From the NCBI GenBank assembly GCA_000165425.1, contig CT868659.1:1-64000 (forward strand): a DNA stretch of 64,000 nt. Direction: 5' to 3'. This document shows positions 42,807 through 59,184 of this stretch, piece by piece. Each line of letters begins with the position of its first letter. Position 1 is the stretch's first letter. The position numbers and the translations under genes were made by a program. Origin of the DNA: Paramecium tetraurelia. Taxonomy: Eukaryota. The notes below the pieces were generated by a model. It was given only the letters and a program-made list of their open reading frames with translations. It was not told the DNA's origin and searched no databases.

Positions 42807-43980
42807 ATGATTTAATATCCTTTCTTCAGTTTGCCACCAAAATCTCACCAAACAATACCGAGTGCACCAAGAAAATTATTGAAAGATTAATACGAGTTAC
42901 TCTAGAGAGACTTGGGACAAGGCACATATGGAAAAGTAAAATTGGCCATAAACAGAAATAACAATAAGAAATGTGCCATCAAAATAGTATCTATAGCTTT
43001 TATTATTCTAGATCTCCAAAAATTACATAAATTAATACAATGCCAAATAACACATCGACAATGAAATCAATTACCTTTAATGTTGTAAACACAAGAACAT
43101 TGTCGAATTCATAGAGAAGTTTGAGGACAAGGAAAATGTCTACATAGTTTTGGAATACTGTTAGAATGGAACTTTGTATGAATTGATTAAAAAGAAGAAG
43201 GTCTTCAGTGAAGATGAGGCCTTCTCCTACTTTTATTAGATAGCCTAGGCAATACAGTATCTGCATGAAAAAGACATAGTTCATAGAGACATCAAGTCGG
43301 ACAATGTTTTGTTATAGAATAACACGGTCAAATTATGTGATTTTAATTGGTCAATATATTTGCCCAACGGAGGCAAGGCTCAACCTTGCATTTGTGGAAC
43401 TACTGAGTACATGCCTCCGGAGGTTGTCAAAAAACTGAAACACGACAAAGGAGTCGATGTGTGGGCCCTTGGGATTTTATTACATGTAAAAATTATGATA
43501 GAAAAATAGTATATGCTTCATGGGGAATTGCTTTTTAAGGCGAAGAGTAAGGAAGAATTGCATGAGAAGATATGCAACAAGTAATTGATAAAATTCAATG
43601 AGAACCTGTCTAGTGAGTGTAAATAATTGTTACAGTAAATGCTTGCTCACACTAAACGATTTAATATTTAGTAAGTCTTGAATTCGGAATGGGTAATTAA
43701 AATGCTCACTACTAAAAACATTTCGCATCCCTTGGAATTGACTCCCATAAAAAATAGATCCAGTGCTTATGAGTTGACTAAGTTTAGTGTCATTTCAGAC
43801 TCCACTTGCTTCTCTAGTTCAAAATTCACTACCAAATCTTATGATATCGAATCTCCGTTTAAATAATCCAATAATTATGTGAACTAAACGCCTCAGCCTT
43901 CGTAACCTCTGAAAGTTAAGAGCACTGCCCTCAATCAAAATATTACTGCTTTCAGAGTTGAAAAAAGACAATTTGACTGA
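42807..43980 (+). CDS. Aurora-like Ser/Thr protein kinase
   Basis: LGQGTYGKV, AIK, HRDIKSDN, KLCDFNWS, CGTTEYMPPE, VDVWALG. Confidence 0.88.
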
Positions 43981-44053
43981 AAGATCAAGTTTTATTTATT
44001 TTTAATGTAATATTATAAATCATTTTTGTTAAAATTATTATTTGTATTACAAT

Positions 44054-45745
44054 ATGGAGTATATTGCATACACAGATGCCAAACTTTAGTTTATTGGAAC
44101 TCGCAAGCACTTCTTTAGGGATAAATAATATTACGTGAGTGTTTTTGAGGATTATTTTGTCATGGGCATTGTAAATCATTCCACCCTTATAAAATAGACA
44201 AGTGATGCGCAATCGCCAAAGTACAAAGTCAACATTGATCTCAATATTAAATTGAGTTGGGACTTGAAAAAACAGAAAAACAATATAATTATTTAATCTT
44301 TTGCTTTTCCATACAACAATTCATACAAGACTCTTTATGCTGACCACAACGATTTGATGAAGTAACTTTGATTTAGTATTACTATATCTTTCAGATTCAA
44401 AGAGCTTCTTGGTCTCTCAGTAACATACGAAGGCATAGGCGATCTCTATATTCCAATTTTATAAATTGGGAAGGGAAGTTCGGCTAAAGTAAACTTCTAA
44501 ATTAATTCAAGGTGTACAGTGCTCAAAATATTTTGGATTAAAACACGTATGCAATAAAGGCTATCGAGAAGTCGTTTTTAAACTAAACGGAAAAAGGACA
44601 GGGCTTGGTACTTTAACTCGACTTATGAACTAGGCAGCTTATAAAATGGAAGTGCGGATTCTCAAAATCCTCTCTCCGTATTCTTAGAGCTTTCTTAATT
44701 TAAAGGAGATATACGAAGGAGATCAAACATACTATTTGGTAACAGATTACTTGGAGGGAGCCAGTCTGAGTGAAGAAATCGAGAGAGCAAAAGTAACATT
44801 TAAATTTATTCATAGAATCTCCCTGATCGTAGATTGCCAATCCAAACTATTAAAATATTAATGTACAAATTATTATCAAATTTAGCATTGCTACATGAAA
44901 ATAAAGTATTTATTAAACATATAATGCAAGATTATTCACAGAGATCTCAAACCTGACAATCTGATGTTTGCTAAAAAAAATGACTACTCTTCATTGGTTC
45001 TGGTGGACTTCGGATTGGCCACTCTAGAAAATCTTGAAAAGTATACAAATCAAGAGAATATTAGATTTCTATTTCCCAAATGTGGAACTCCAGGGTACGT
45101 GGCTCCAGAAGTTCTTAATTTAAACCCCGAGAATAAATACACTACCAAAGTAGATATCTTTAGTAGTGGGTGTATTCTTTATAAATTGTTAACTGGAAAA
45201 AGCGTATTTGGAGGCAAAACATTTGATGATGTGTTGAGATCAAACAAGAAATGCTTCATTGATTTGGATCTTCCTCCTGATCACATTTATTTGACAGATC
45301 TTTCTCTTGTAATCAATGCAACCTATAATTGTAGAATTTATTGAGTTAATTATTAAACAAAAATGCAAAGTCAAGAATAACTGCTAGATAAGCACTTCGA
45401 CATCCTTTTTTTGATTAAATCAACGAATAAAGCACTTAAGTGTTGTCCTCTTTTGCAACCAACATGAAGTTTAGTCATAATGGGAACTTAAATATATAAT
45501 GTGAAGAATAGATGTCCAAATATGAAATAGAAGAGAATCAGGTAAATTGTGAAATGAAGGAAGAGGAATAGAATACTATTTCAATTCCTGCAACAAAACG
45601 ATGCTCTTTAATGAATGAGTTCCAATCTTCGTCTAGGTCTCCAACTAAATTGTATTAAAAAGAACCCTCATCTACAATAAGGTGCTTTAAACTGTTTGAC
45701 TTGGCTAGTCCTAGGGGAGATTCAAATGAAATTGAAGGTGAATGA
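44054..45745 (+). CDS. CAMK-group Ser/Thr kinase with N-terminal extension (many introns)
   Basis: IGKGSSAKV, YAIK, HRDLKPDN, DFGLA, CGTPGYVAPE. Confidence 0.92.
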
Positions 45746-45909
45746 AGTGTGAAGTTGAATTTTCTCCAAATAAAAAATACATAAAATATTAATGATTTTG
45801 TTAAAATGATGAATTTAATAATTTAATATATTCGCTCACAAATTAAATTAAAATTCTGAGTATTTAACAAACCTATTGTGCAAATCTATCTTATAATTAT
45901 TTATTAAAT

Positions 45910-49158
<3,249 letters not shown>

Positions 49159-50121
49159 GAAAATCATATTAAAAATACAAAATAATTTAACATTTAAATT
49201 GTCTATAGATCTTCCTATATATAGTATTATTATACTATCTATATCAATTCTATTAAGATTCTAGAAAATATTATAGTATTGACAATCGTTATAAAAGGTG
49301 ATTTATTTATTGATTTTTTTAAATACTTAATTAGATTTGAAATATAAATAATAGCGAAATACTTTATCATCTTTTTAAAATTAGCTTAAGGCAGCACAAT
49401 CAAATACATCTCATCTATTTTCAATACCATGATGATTACTTAAATTGCTTTATTTTGGTTTAAATGATAAACCTAATATTAATATATGAAAATCAATTTT
49501 ACGTTTGCTTTTATAGATATATTTTCATTTATTTTTAAATTCCTTGTATTGGATTGATATTTTAAAATAATTAGAAAACTTTATATATTGAATTTTAAAA
49601 ATAAAAAATTGAAAAAGAAGAATATTTTTAATAATGAAGTGTTGTAAGTGATTTAGATAAATTCTATCATGATGGTTTCATATTAGAGTAAATAAATGCA
49701 CCACTGTTGTTGATGTGCAAAATATTCAACAGTTTATATATATAATTCAATATTATAAGTAATAAAAGTCTGTTTGGTTTAATTCTCTTGAAGGCTTATG
49801 ACACTTTAAATACTAGGTTTAATTCACACCCTCAGAACAATTGATAATCCTCTAAACCTTCATACCATAGAGATTGGCATCATTAAATTTATAACAATAA
49901 AATCTTAAATTGAAAAATCTTTTTTAAATATATTATTGTAAAAAAGTACTAAATTAAACAGTGCATCAAACTGAAAATAGATCTAAGCCTTAGTTATGAA
50001 TGGGCTAATTAAGCATTAAAAGTTGCTTAATTTCTTTGATAAAGAATGTGAGACCATATTCTATTTTAAGGAAAAGGTTTGGAATAATTTGATCACCTAT
50101 TTTTAATTAATAATATATTAT

Positions 50122-51478
50122 ATGCTAATACTATTCTTTTTTTTCTTGCTAACTGAGCAATAAAGAGATGTTGAATTCAATGATAAATTCTTTTGGACCT
50201 CAATAGACAGAGTCAATGATAAGAATATATACAGAATAACAAATCTAGAGCAGCCTTATTATTATGTTTAGGTTACATTACTATAACAGGATTTATCTTA
50301 TTTCCTATTGTTTGATTTAAATTAGATTCCTGAATTAAATGGGTCTCCAGGTGACTACGTGAGGTATTATTTTAATTAATGAATAAGTTATTATGAAGAG
50401 AGAAGAACCAGATTTCTGAAAATCGAACCTAATGGAAAAATAATTTACATTTCTGCATCCTCTAATAGCACTAGTGGATATTACAATATAACAATTTGGG
50501 GTAGCAAGGAGGAGTTTTGTGATAATAATTGTTCATATTATGGTGAATGCACAGTAAGTGTGAGTTCTATAAAAGGATGATGGGTGTGAATGCAACTCTG
50601 GTTATATAAGTACTGATTGCCACTAAACGGCAAAGGAAATTTAGGAGAATTAAACACAGATTAACCTTTTTGGAGATGAGATTTAGTTTATTTATTTGAA
50701 CACAAATGTTTACGAGTAAATGGATATTAAATTAAGATTAAGTGTAATTTATAAGTTGAAAATTAGACTGACAGCCCTTCAGGAATTGAAATTTTCTTTG
50801 AGCTCACTAATGCAATAATAATTCCAAACTAAAACTACTTAGATGCTGATAGTGTCTTGATCAAATAAAAATTGATTTATGACTCTTAACCATTTGATTT
50901 TACAATAAAGAAGAACTCTATTTCTGAATATGATAACATTTAGTTTGTTTTTGGAGCTAGATAATTGAATAGTCAATTAAACTCATTAGTAAGCACTCTA
51001 TTAATAGAACTTTCAACATACAATAGATATGAAAATACAATTTCTATTATTGTTATAATTATAATTGTCATCGTGATATCCGCAGCAGTGATTATTATTA
51101 TAATTATGTTTTTTGTATGTAAGAACATTAGAAGCAGAAAAAGACTATTATAATAACAAAGATTGAGAATGGCTAGGTACGGAGAATCGTCTGGAAATTA
51201 TCAATAAGATTAAATCAACATTTTCGATCATCTATCTCCAGTTTCAATTAGTGAATTAAATAACTAAGATGATTGCACCATTTGCTTATAAAAATTGAAT
51301 GATGAACTAGAGGTTAGACAAACATGTTGCCAGTATTAAATGATCGTATACATTTAGTCACAATTTCCATTCTTTATGTATAAAAGAGTGGCTTAAAAAT
51401 AATAAAAAAGAATGTCCTGTCTGCAGATCTAATTTAGTTCCAAAAGATGGTAACATAAATACAATTCCTCAATAATGA
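50122..51478 (+). CDS. Type I membrane protein: signal peptide, EGF-like domain, TM, RING-H2 E3 ligase
   Basis: MLILFFFFLL; CDNNCSYYGECT/DDGCECNSGYISTDC; Ile/Val-rich TM; CTIC...HNFHSLCIKEWL...CPVCR. Confidence 0.85.
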
Positions 51479-51532
51479 CTTAGATCTTTATTTTAAATTA
51501 ATTTAATCAATTATTCATTAATGAAAATATTA

Positions 51533-52449
51533 ATGAAAAAAAAAAATTTAGCATCTATTGATCTAAGCACCTCCATGTTTTCCGGCAAGAGCTTGAAAAA
51601 CAATTATTCCATCTCAAATCCTTCATCGAATCGAAGTCCTAGTTTGCAGAAGGCCATTAATAGATTAAAATAGGATAGTAGAGTATCCTTAATTGGCATT
51701 AGCTCAATTAGCTCAACAAAAGTATCTATTCTACTGATATTAAGATTCCTAAACGAAGAGGCTATTATGAAGTCAAAAGTAGTCAAAGCACTTACAGAAT
51801 AAGTCATCCATATTAAGAGCCAAAAATAAGCCTTGATTAGAATGATCACAAAAAGGAAACTATTAGAAAAATCTTTTCTTTATAGGCCTATTGTAAAAGC
51901 CAGTCAGCTCTATAACTGGCAGCGTAAAAGTACACAGTAAAAAGAGCTACCACAGAAAATTCTTAAATCTTTAACTCCCCAAGGCCAAAGTTACTAGATA
52001 AATTTAGTAAAGAAATAATAAAATGTAAAACCGAAAAAGATGTAATAAAGTAAGTTCTAGTAAAAGAAGTAACCAAAAGAATACCAAAAAAATCTAAAGA
52101 AATTAATTATGAACTTGATACGATGTTTAAAAATTATGAAAAGTACGCTCAATTATGTCTATCTCCAAATTCCTTCGTTAATCAACCAGTCATTTATAAT
52201 GGATATTTTAAAATATATTCTTAATCATAAAAGGAGAAGATTGTCTTAGATTAAATTGGAGAAAAGGAAAAATCCCTAAGTGATGAATCAGAAGCATATA
52301 TGGATTTTATAGAAGAAGTAGATGAAGCTACGATTTAAAGAGATGTCTATCATAGTCAGTTGAGGAATCCCTTCTTGGATGATAAAATTACTGTCCGCTC
52401 AATGAAGTAAGCTGGTTTCTTAAAAAGAAGACCAATAGATATTCTATGA
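51533..52449 (+). CDS. Hypothetical low-complexity protein
   Basis: Open S/K/Q-rich frame to TGA 52447-52449; start could be 51521, 51533 or 51575. Confidence 0.55.
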
Positions 52450-53191
52450 TAATTTATATCTAATATCTTTCTTATATAGTGATATAAAAACATATTTGAA
52501 TATCTGCTTTACTTATATATACTATCTAAAAGATTTAAAATATCAGAATTCTTCTAAACGTATAAACTTTTGGTTGCTATTCTATTTGAATTTATACTAC
52601 TTTTGAACTTAGTTTGTTTTTGAATATGGATATTTTTTGATTATTCATTGATGTTTTTAGATATTATCTGTTACTTAATTCTACAAAATGCATTTTCTTA
52701 GTGTTCAATCGGAAACATCACTAAATTCCTCCTTATTGTCTTTGGATAAAATTATGAAAATATTAATATATTAAAATTAAAATAACTTTTCTTCTGAAAA
52801 GATAGTTTTTATTAAAGAGATTGAAGATAAAATTCAATTAGTAAAGTGACAATTGATGATCTTTGCTAGATCTATAAATCATTAATATTCTTAAAGACTT
52901 AATTTTGATAAAATTATATTGAATTGTATTCTAATTACTTTTATTTAAGCCATTTATGAACGACCCTCTGATAATAATTTAATTGACTCATCCATAATAC
53001 ATTGAATTAAATAGAAAAATATTATTTTAGTTTTTAATATTCATATTATCATATATAAACATAATCAGTGCAATTAAATATATTTAGAGCTTCTGGCTTT
53101 TTTTACTGATGTTCTCTTTTTTATTGAATGATTGAAAAGCTAATAAATACTTTTTGAAGTCTTATTTAAGATTTTTCCTTTTTTATTATAA

Positions 53192-55722
53192 TCAGAAATC
53201 AACACATGCAGATTAAAATTAAGGGAAAAACTTTTTGAATTCCATAGCTTTTTCAAATCCTATAATTTAGAAATTACAAGATATAGAATTTTGACCTACT
53301 TATGTTCTATTTTCAGTAGCTCCACCAAATAACTTTATTTCAGTGTCACTAAATTATCTTAATTATTAGGAAGTCTGAAATTATTTGCTCTTATTAATTC
53401 CATCTGATTTTTAAAATTAAATTCTTTTGTTTGAATCATGAGAAATTTTGATATCTGCTTTAAGAGAAGGTTCACTTTATTTAGGGTAACTCTCTTTTCT
53501 TTTAGAAGCAGGAGAGCCATTATTTGTATTCAATTCCAGATCTTAAGGATTTAAGGACATATTTTCATCTTCATCAAATTGGATATCATCCTATCCTTAA
53601 CTTTGTTCTATTGCTTTTTGCACTAATTTCAATTACTTAGTAAATTAATAAATAAAATACATTATGAATTTGAAGTGCTTTACAAGACCTTTTACCACAT
53701 CTTTTCTTTTTTTGTCTACCCTATATTTTTAGATTATCCTTTAGAATCAACTTTTCAATATCAGGTTTATAATTAAGCAATTTACAAGTGTCTATTTAAT
53801 GACCAGACTAAGAACATATTAGGCATTTTTGACCAATAATATAAGCATTAAATTAGAACAAATGTCGGATTTAATGATACACTTCATTCTCTTCCTTACT
53901 AAGTTAGTTTAGAAAGGTAGTTTAAGAGATCCTAAAAACTTTTGTAAAGCTTCGACTAATAACTGAAAATTTACGAGGTTATTATGTAAAAAATGATTCT
54001 TCTCCAAAGTATTTTCCTTTTTAAAGTTCTGTTACTTTCTATTAGGAGTTCTATTCATAGATCTCAACCTTGCCATAATCCAAAAAATATAAATAATTAT
54101 CGTCCATCTAATTTTGATGATAGATATATTCATCAGGACAGTAATATACAGTTTAAAGAGAATTTGACATTTTCTTTATTGTATCTTCACTAAAGTTATG
54201 CAAGACGATTTTGCAATCTTGAAGTAAGTTTTTAAAAACATTAAGCATCAATTCTTACTATAAAAATGATGAGAGTTATTCAAGTATACTTTACAACTAA
54301 TTTTAGTCTAAAGTTTATTACATGATATTTTGATTGCTAATTTCTTTTGATGCATCGATATTCTAAGTAACTTCTTGCTCTACTTTATAGCTGATCTGGA
54401 ACTGAGTGCTATTACATATAGCAAGTCAAAATCCTCATCATTTCTCTAAATTAATTTCAATTTTTATTACTAAAATTGTCTCTTTTGTTTGTTAATGTTT
54501 TGCACAATAGTTCCAACCTAATTGAGAGAGAATGTAAAGACTGCGCATGATAAAAGCATAAGAAATATACAACTAAAAGCCTCCACATGATTTTAAGGTG
54601 TTATGTCTCCATATCCAACAGTAATCATTGTGACAATAGCCCAATAGTAAGAGAAAATGTATCTAATTTATTTTGTATCATCTTGTAAATTTTTATCAAG
54701 AATCCAACTATTTTTCTCATATTCCATGGTTGTCATTCCTATGTAATGCCAAATGCAGGCCATAAAATGAGCAATAAGATTAATTGTAATTACAAGGTTG
54801 ATTAAACTAATGATTTCTCTTTGAATTTCTGATAAATTTAATAATTTGACTATTTTACCAATTACTTTTTAAAGTTTGATCAAGCTTAAGGCACAAAAAG
54901 ATATAAATATTAGCGTGCTTTCTATTTTCATAGTATAATAAACTAAAAATAGGTAAGTAATATCTAAAATAAAGGAGGTTTTCAAATATTTTTTCAATAT
55001 GTATATTCTGGTTTTAATGATCTTGAAATTATAAAGAATTTAATACATTTCCTTTTTTTATAATTGCTATGTTAAGTTTGAGTATTATGTCAATCAAAAA
55101 AAATATCATGAACAATGACATTTCTTCTATTTTTAGTATAGGATAGGATTGATCGAAACTCCAAAAAAATGGTATTAATATAATTAAGCTTAAAATCACA
55201 AAAAACATGATTATATCCCATAAAATGATGAATCTATTAGTCGGACCGATAACAAATGAGATGAGATTCTTTGAAATATTTTTTTTGTCTTAAATATATT
55301 TTTCCTGCAATATGAGATTACCTTTTATTTATTCTTTTTAACTCTAAGATAATATGTAGCTTCGCGAAAACAAAATGTTTTTAAATCTTTTTACCAGATT
55401 ATTTATCTTTATGAGTTAGAAGATATTTTTTGACACTTTTTATGAACATACTTATGATTTAGGAAGTTCATTCTAGTCTTCGATTGGATTATCATAAGTT
55501 ATTTTCTCATTGCATTAATTTTTTATCTGCTCTTGCTTCTAAAGAACAGGTAACTTCTGAAATGGTTTAAAGTTATCTTAGCATTGTTCTAAATTCATAA
55601 AAACTAATCATACAGTGATCTATAGTTAAATTTTGTAAGGAGGGATCATTAAAGTGAGGAGATAGCTATTAGAACAGTTTCAATTCAACTTAGCTTCTTG
55701 GACTTAAAGAATACACACTCAT
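53192..55722 (-). CDS. Cyclic-nucleotide-binding-domain K+ channel (EAG/CNG-like ciliate family)
   Basis: AHFMACIW, YWAIVTMITVGYGDITP pore, CNBD KGKYFGEESF; 3' end may extend to 53066 via a 1-nt shift. Confidence 0.9.
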
Positions 55723-57348
55723 AATTAAATTAAAAATCGATTACTACTCAGATAATTAATAATTCATTCTTCGTAATCAATAAAAATTGAGAAAATTTAA
55801 ATTAATACAAAAAGGTTCTATTGTAAAAACAATTTGAAATTTATTGAAATTCAAACCAATAATAAACTTCAGAAAAGAACTTTCATAAAAGAAAACTGTT
55901 AGACTATAACTCTTTCAAATTAATCCTAATACATAAGTTAAATGAAACAAAATAAAATATATAAAATATCTATCCTAAGTTCCTAAATCACTCATAGATC
56001 CATGTTTTTCAACCTCTGTTTTCAAGCTAGTTGTTCATATACCCTCCACAGAATTTCAAATTAGATAAATTTTTGATTAATCATGGTAAATAGCTTTAAT
56101 AAAATTCTTCCAGACCTTCAGTTAATGATATCGTCCTTGCCTATGTTAATAAAAGATTCTGAGATAAATTATGGTATTACACTTTAGTTTTAGGCCCAAT
56201 ATTTTATTCTTAGGTTATCAAATGGATATAGAATCAAAATAGCTAATACTGCTGCACTCGATCGACATATTATTACTAAAAAATAGAGTTTCTTAGAGTC
56301 CTAACCTTTTGTAAATATACTACTAAAATTCTCTAAATTTCTATAAATTCTATATTTAATTCCAAATTAAGGTACCTCTTCCAAAACTGCAGCAACAACA
56401 CTCTTCATAAACCTTAATTTATACTCTATAACACCAAAACAAGCCTTCTTTCTCTAGTTATCTCTATAAATCATTTATTAATCTTGTTGTAACTATAGTT
56501 AACTACTATTTGCATTTTCTTCTCATAAAAGTTAATGGCATTGAAGCCACTATGCCAACTATCTTAATAGTTGAGCAACAATTAGATTAAGATGTGGCTT
56601 GACTGATTGGTACGCAAATTCTTTATAATTAAAAAACTTACCTGTATTTCTGTTCCTGAAAAGAAACCGAGAAAATAACAATATTTTTGACAATAATCTA
56701 TTAGGTTCCTTTATAAATTTTTCTCAAGCCTCTATATTTATAAATTTAAGAGACAATCAAATATAAGATTTGAATTTAATATTCCTCTTAAACTATCCAG
56801 TAACAATAATCAAAGTTTGCAGAACTTCTAAGGTTTGGAGAATTAGAGTTTGTTCCCACAGCAATTTAGAAGTTTTACACATTTAACGAAGCATTATTTT
56901 TGATTGCATTTATGGCATTTTTATATTATTTTTATTTTGTCAAATTAAAAAGTGTTATATTATTGTAAGCTATTAAAATAACTATATATTCACTTCAGAT
57001 ACTCATTAACTCTTAAATTTTGAATACTAATAAATCTTGAAAACAGTTTAAGAGATTGAAATTGTATTAAGATTTTAATGACATCGTAAAGTAGAAGATT
57101 TATTTAAGATCGAGACAAGAAAAAGAAAGGGAAATTCAATAATTTCTTTTTATATAAGATAATATTTTTATTTTTAGGCCTATTCAATAAAAGGTGGAGT
57201 TTAAAACGAATTATAAAAATTGATTGTTTGAGTAACTTATTAAAAGTTTGGTCCAATGAAAAAAGCCAATTATGGATTGCAGCAATAATAAGGAGAAAAA
57301 AAGCTCAGAAATGATTATTAAAATAAATATAAAACTATATTTTATTTT

Positions 57349-58848
57349 ATGACTTCTTTACAGGAGGTGAATGAAAATCTTAGGTAGTAAATAATCGAGT
57401 TGAAGCAGAAATTGGAATTAAAAGAGAAAGAAATTGATCAACTGAAATCTCCTCAGAAACCAGCAAATCAGTTTGAAACCTAAACCTTAGAATTATAAAT
57501 AATACAATATAAGCATCTTCAAACAAAATTAGAAAATGAAAATGAGCAATTAAGGAATAAACTCTCTCAAATGGTTAATTCTTAAGTAGAAACATAAAAG
57601 ACACTGTTAAAATAAAAATAGCAGATGCAAAATGTAAATAAAAATTTATTTTCCCTTTCTTCATAAATTCAAGAGGAAGACAGTCCGTTAAAATAGATTA
57701 TTAATAAATTAATAGATAATGATTAAGATCCATTAATTACATAAAGTCTTGATATAGAAGCTTAACTTAAAATGAATGAATTAAAACGAATCAACAATTA
57801 GCTTACTAGTCGAATTCAACAACTAGAAGAAAAGTCGCAATATATGATAGCTAGACAATTTTAAGATGCCGCCACAATTCTAAAGCTTAAAAAGGAAAAA
57901 TAAGGGTTGATAGATCAATTAGAATAGTAAGGATAAGAATTATAGCAAGAATTACAGAAATCAAGGCTTACTGCTTTTCCTGATATTGCACTATCTTTAT
58001 CAGATTTGTATCTAGAAATTCCTAATATTGATTAAATCAAAGAAAAATTTGAGTAATTAATCTAATTATTTTTACAATAACTCTTATAATAAAATACAAA
58101 TAACGAGTTAGGTGAGTCATTAGTCAAAACCCATAGAAGTAGCTCTTCTCGACGATTAGATCAGGTCTAAAATCAGTTTAATGATATTTTAAAGCATATT
58201 AACAGAGGTTCATAAAGAATTAGAGAGTTTACTTTAGAAAATCAGATTTTTGAGTCATTCATATATGAAAAACCACAAAATTAAGATAAATCAACTTAAA
58301 CTGAAAAAACTGAAAATGATGCAAGTGCTGAACATTTTTTGAGTGAACAGACAAGAAAACTTGAGAATGATGTAAAAAGCCCAAGATTTTAAGGTGAATG
58401 CAAAGGAGTTGATGCTGAATAATAGACTGAAGACATAGATTTGAATCAATTCCTATTAAATTCTATGACACCTTTAATGTTTTCTGCGATTCCTTAACTT
58501 CATACAGAAAGTGATATGGTTGAAGAATAATAATAATAATAATAAGTACAAGATAAAAGTCCTTTATTTTTAAGGAGTGGGATTAAAAATGATACGCGAT
58601 TTGATGAAGGATAACTAATAGGTATTGTTGAACAATTAACACTTTAATTAAAATACACAAAGAAGCAGTGGTATACTTCAGTCGACAAATGTTTAAGAGC
58701 ATAAGAAGAATTAGAAAGACTATCAGAAATTGAAGCCTAATACAATCATTTGAGTTAATAGTATTTAACTTCTAAGAAAGATTTAGAAAAATAAAAATTT
58801 AAGAAACAGTAGTTATTAGACAGATATTTTGAGATTGAACTAAAATGA
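57349..58848 (+). CDS. Hypothetical long coiled-coil protein
   Basis: MTSLQEVNENLRQQIIELKQKLE..., TGA 58846-58848. Confidence 0.65.
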
Positions 58849-59184
58849 ATATTTTTATAGTTTTGCAAATAAAGTTATACCTTTATTTTATTAAGGATTA
58901 TAATTATTATTCAAATTTTCTAACAAGAAATACTCTAATAAGAGAATTTTCTTTTAAAATTCCAATACCTTCTTAAATTTTTGATGTTTCTTATAAATAA
59001 ATATATCCTCATTCATCTATTTGTATTCTCATCATTTATATATAATGATATATTAAAATTTGAGGAATATAATATTTTCCTCATACTATGAGTTAAGAAA
59101 TTTAGATTGAGACTAAAAATGTCATTCATTTATAAAATTACTACTCAAAATAGAATAATGAAAATATTGAATTTAATTTATATT

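Noticed and set aside
55940..56900. Coding-like plus-strand stretch with an intron-like segment
   Set aside because: Could not build a start-to-stop model or assign a family.
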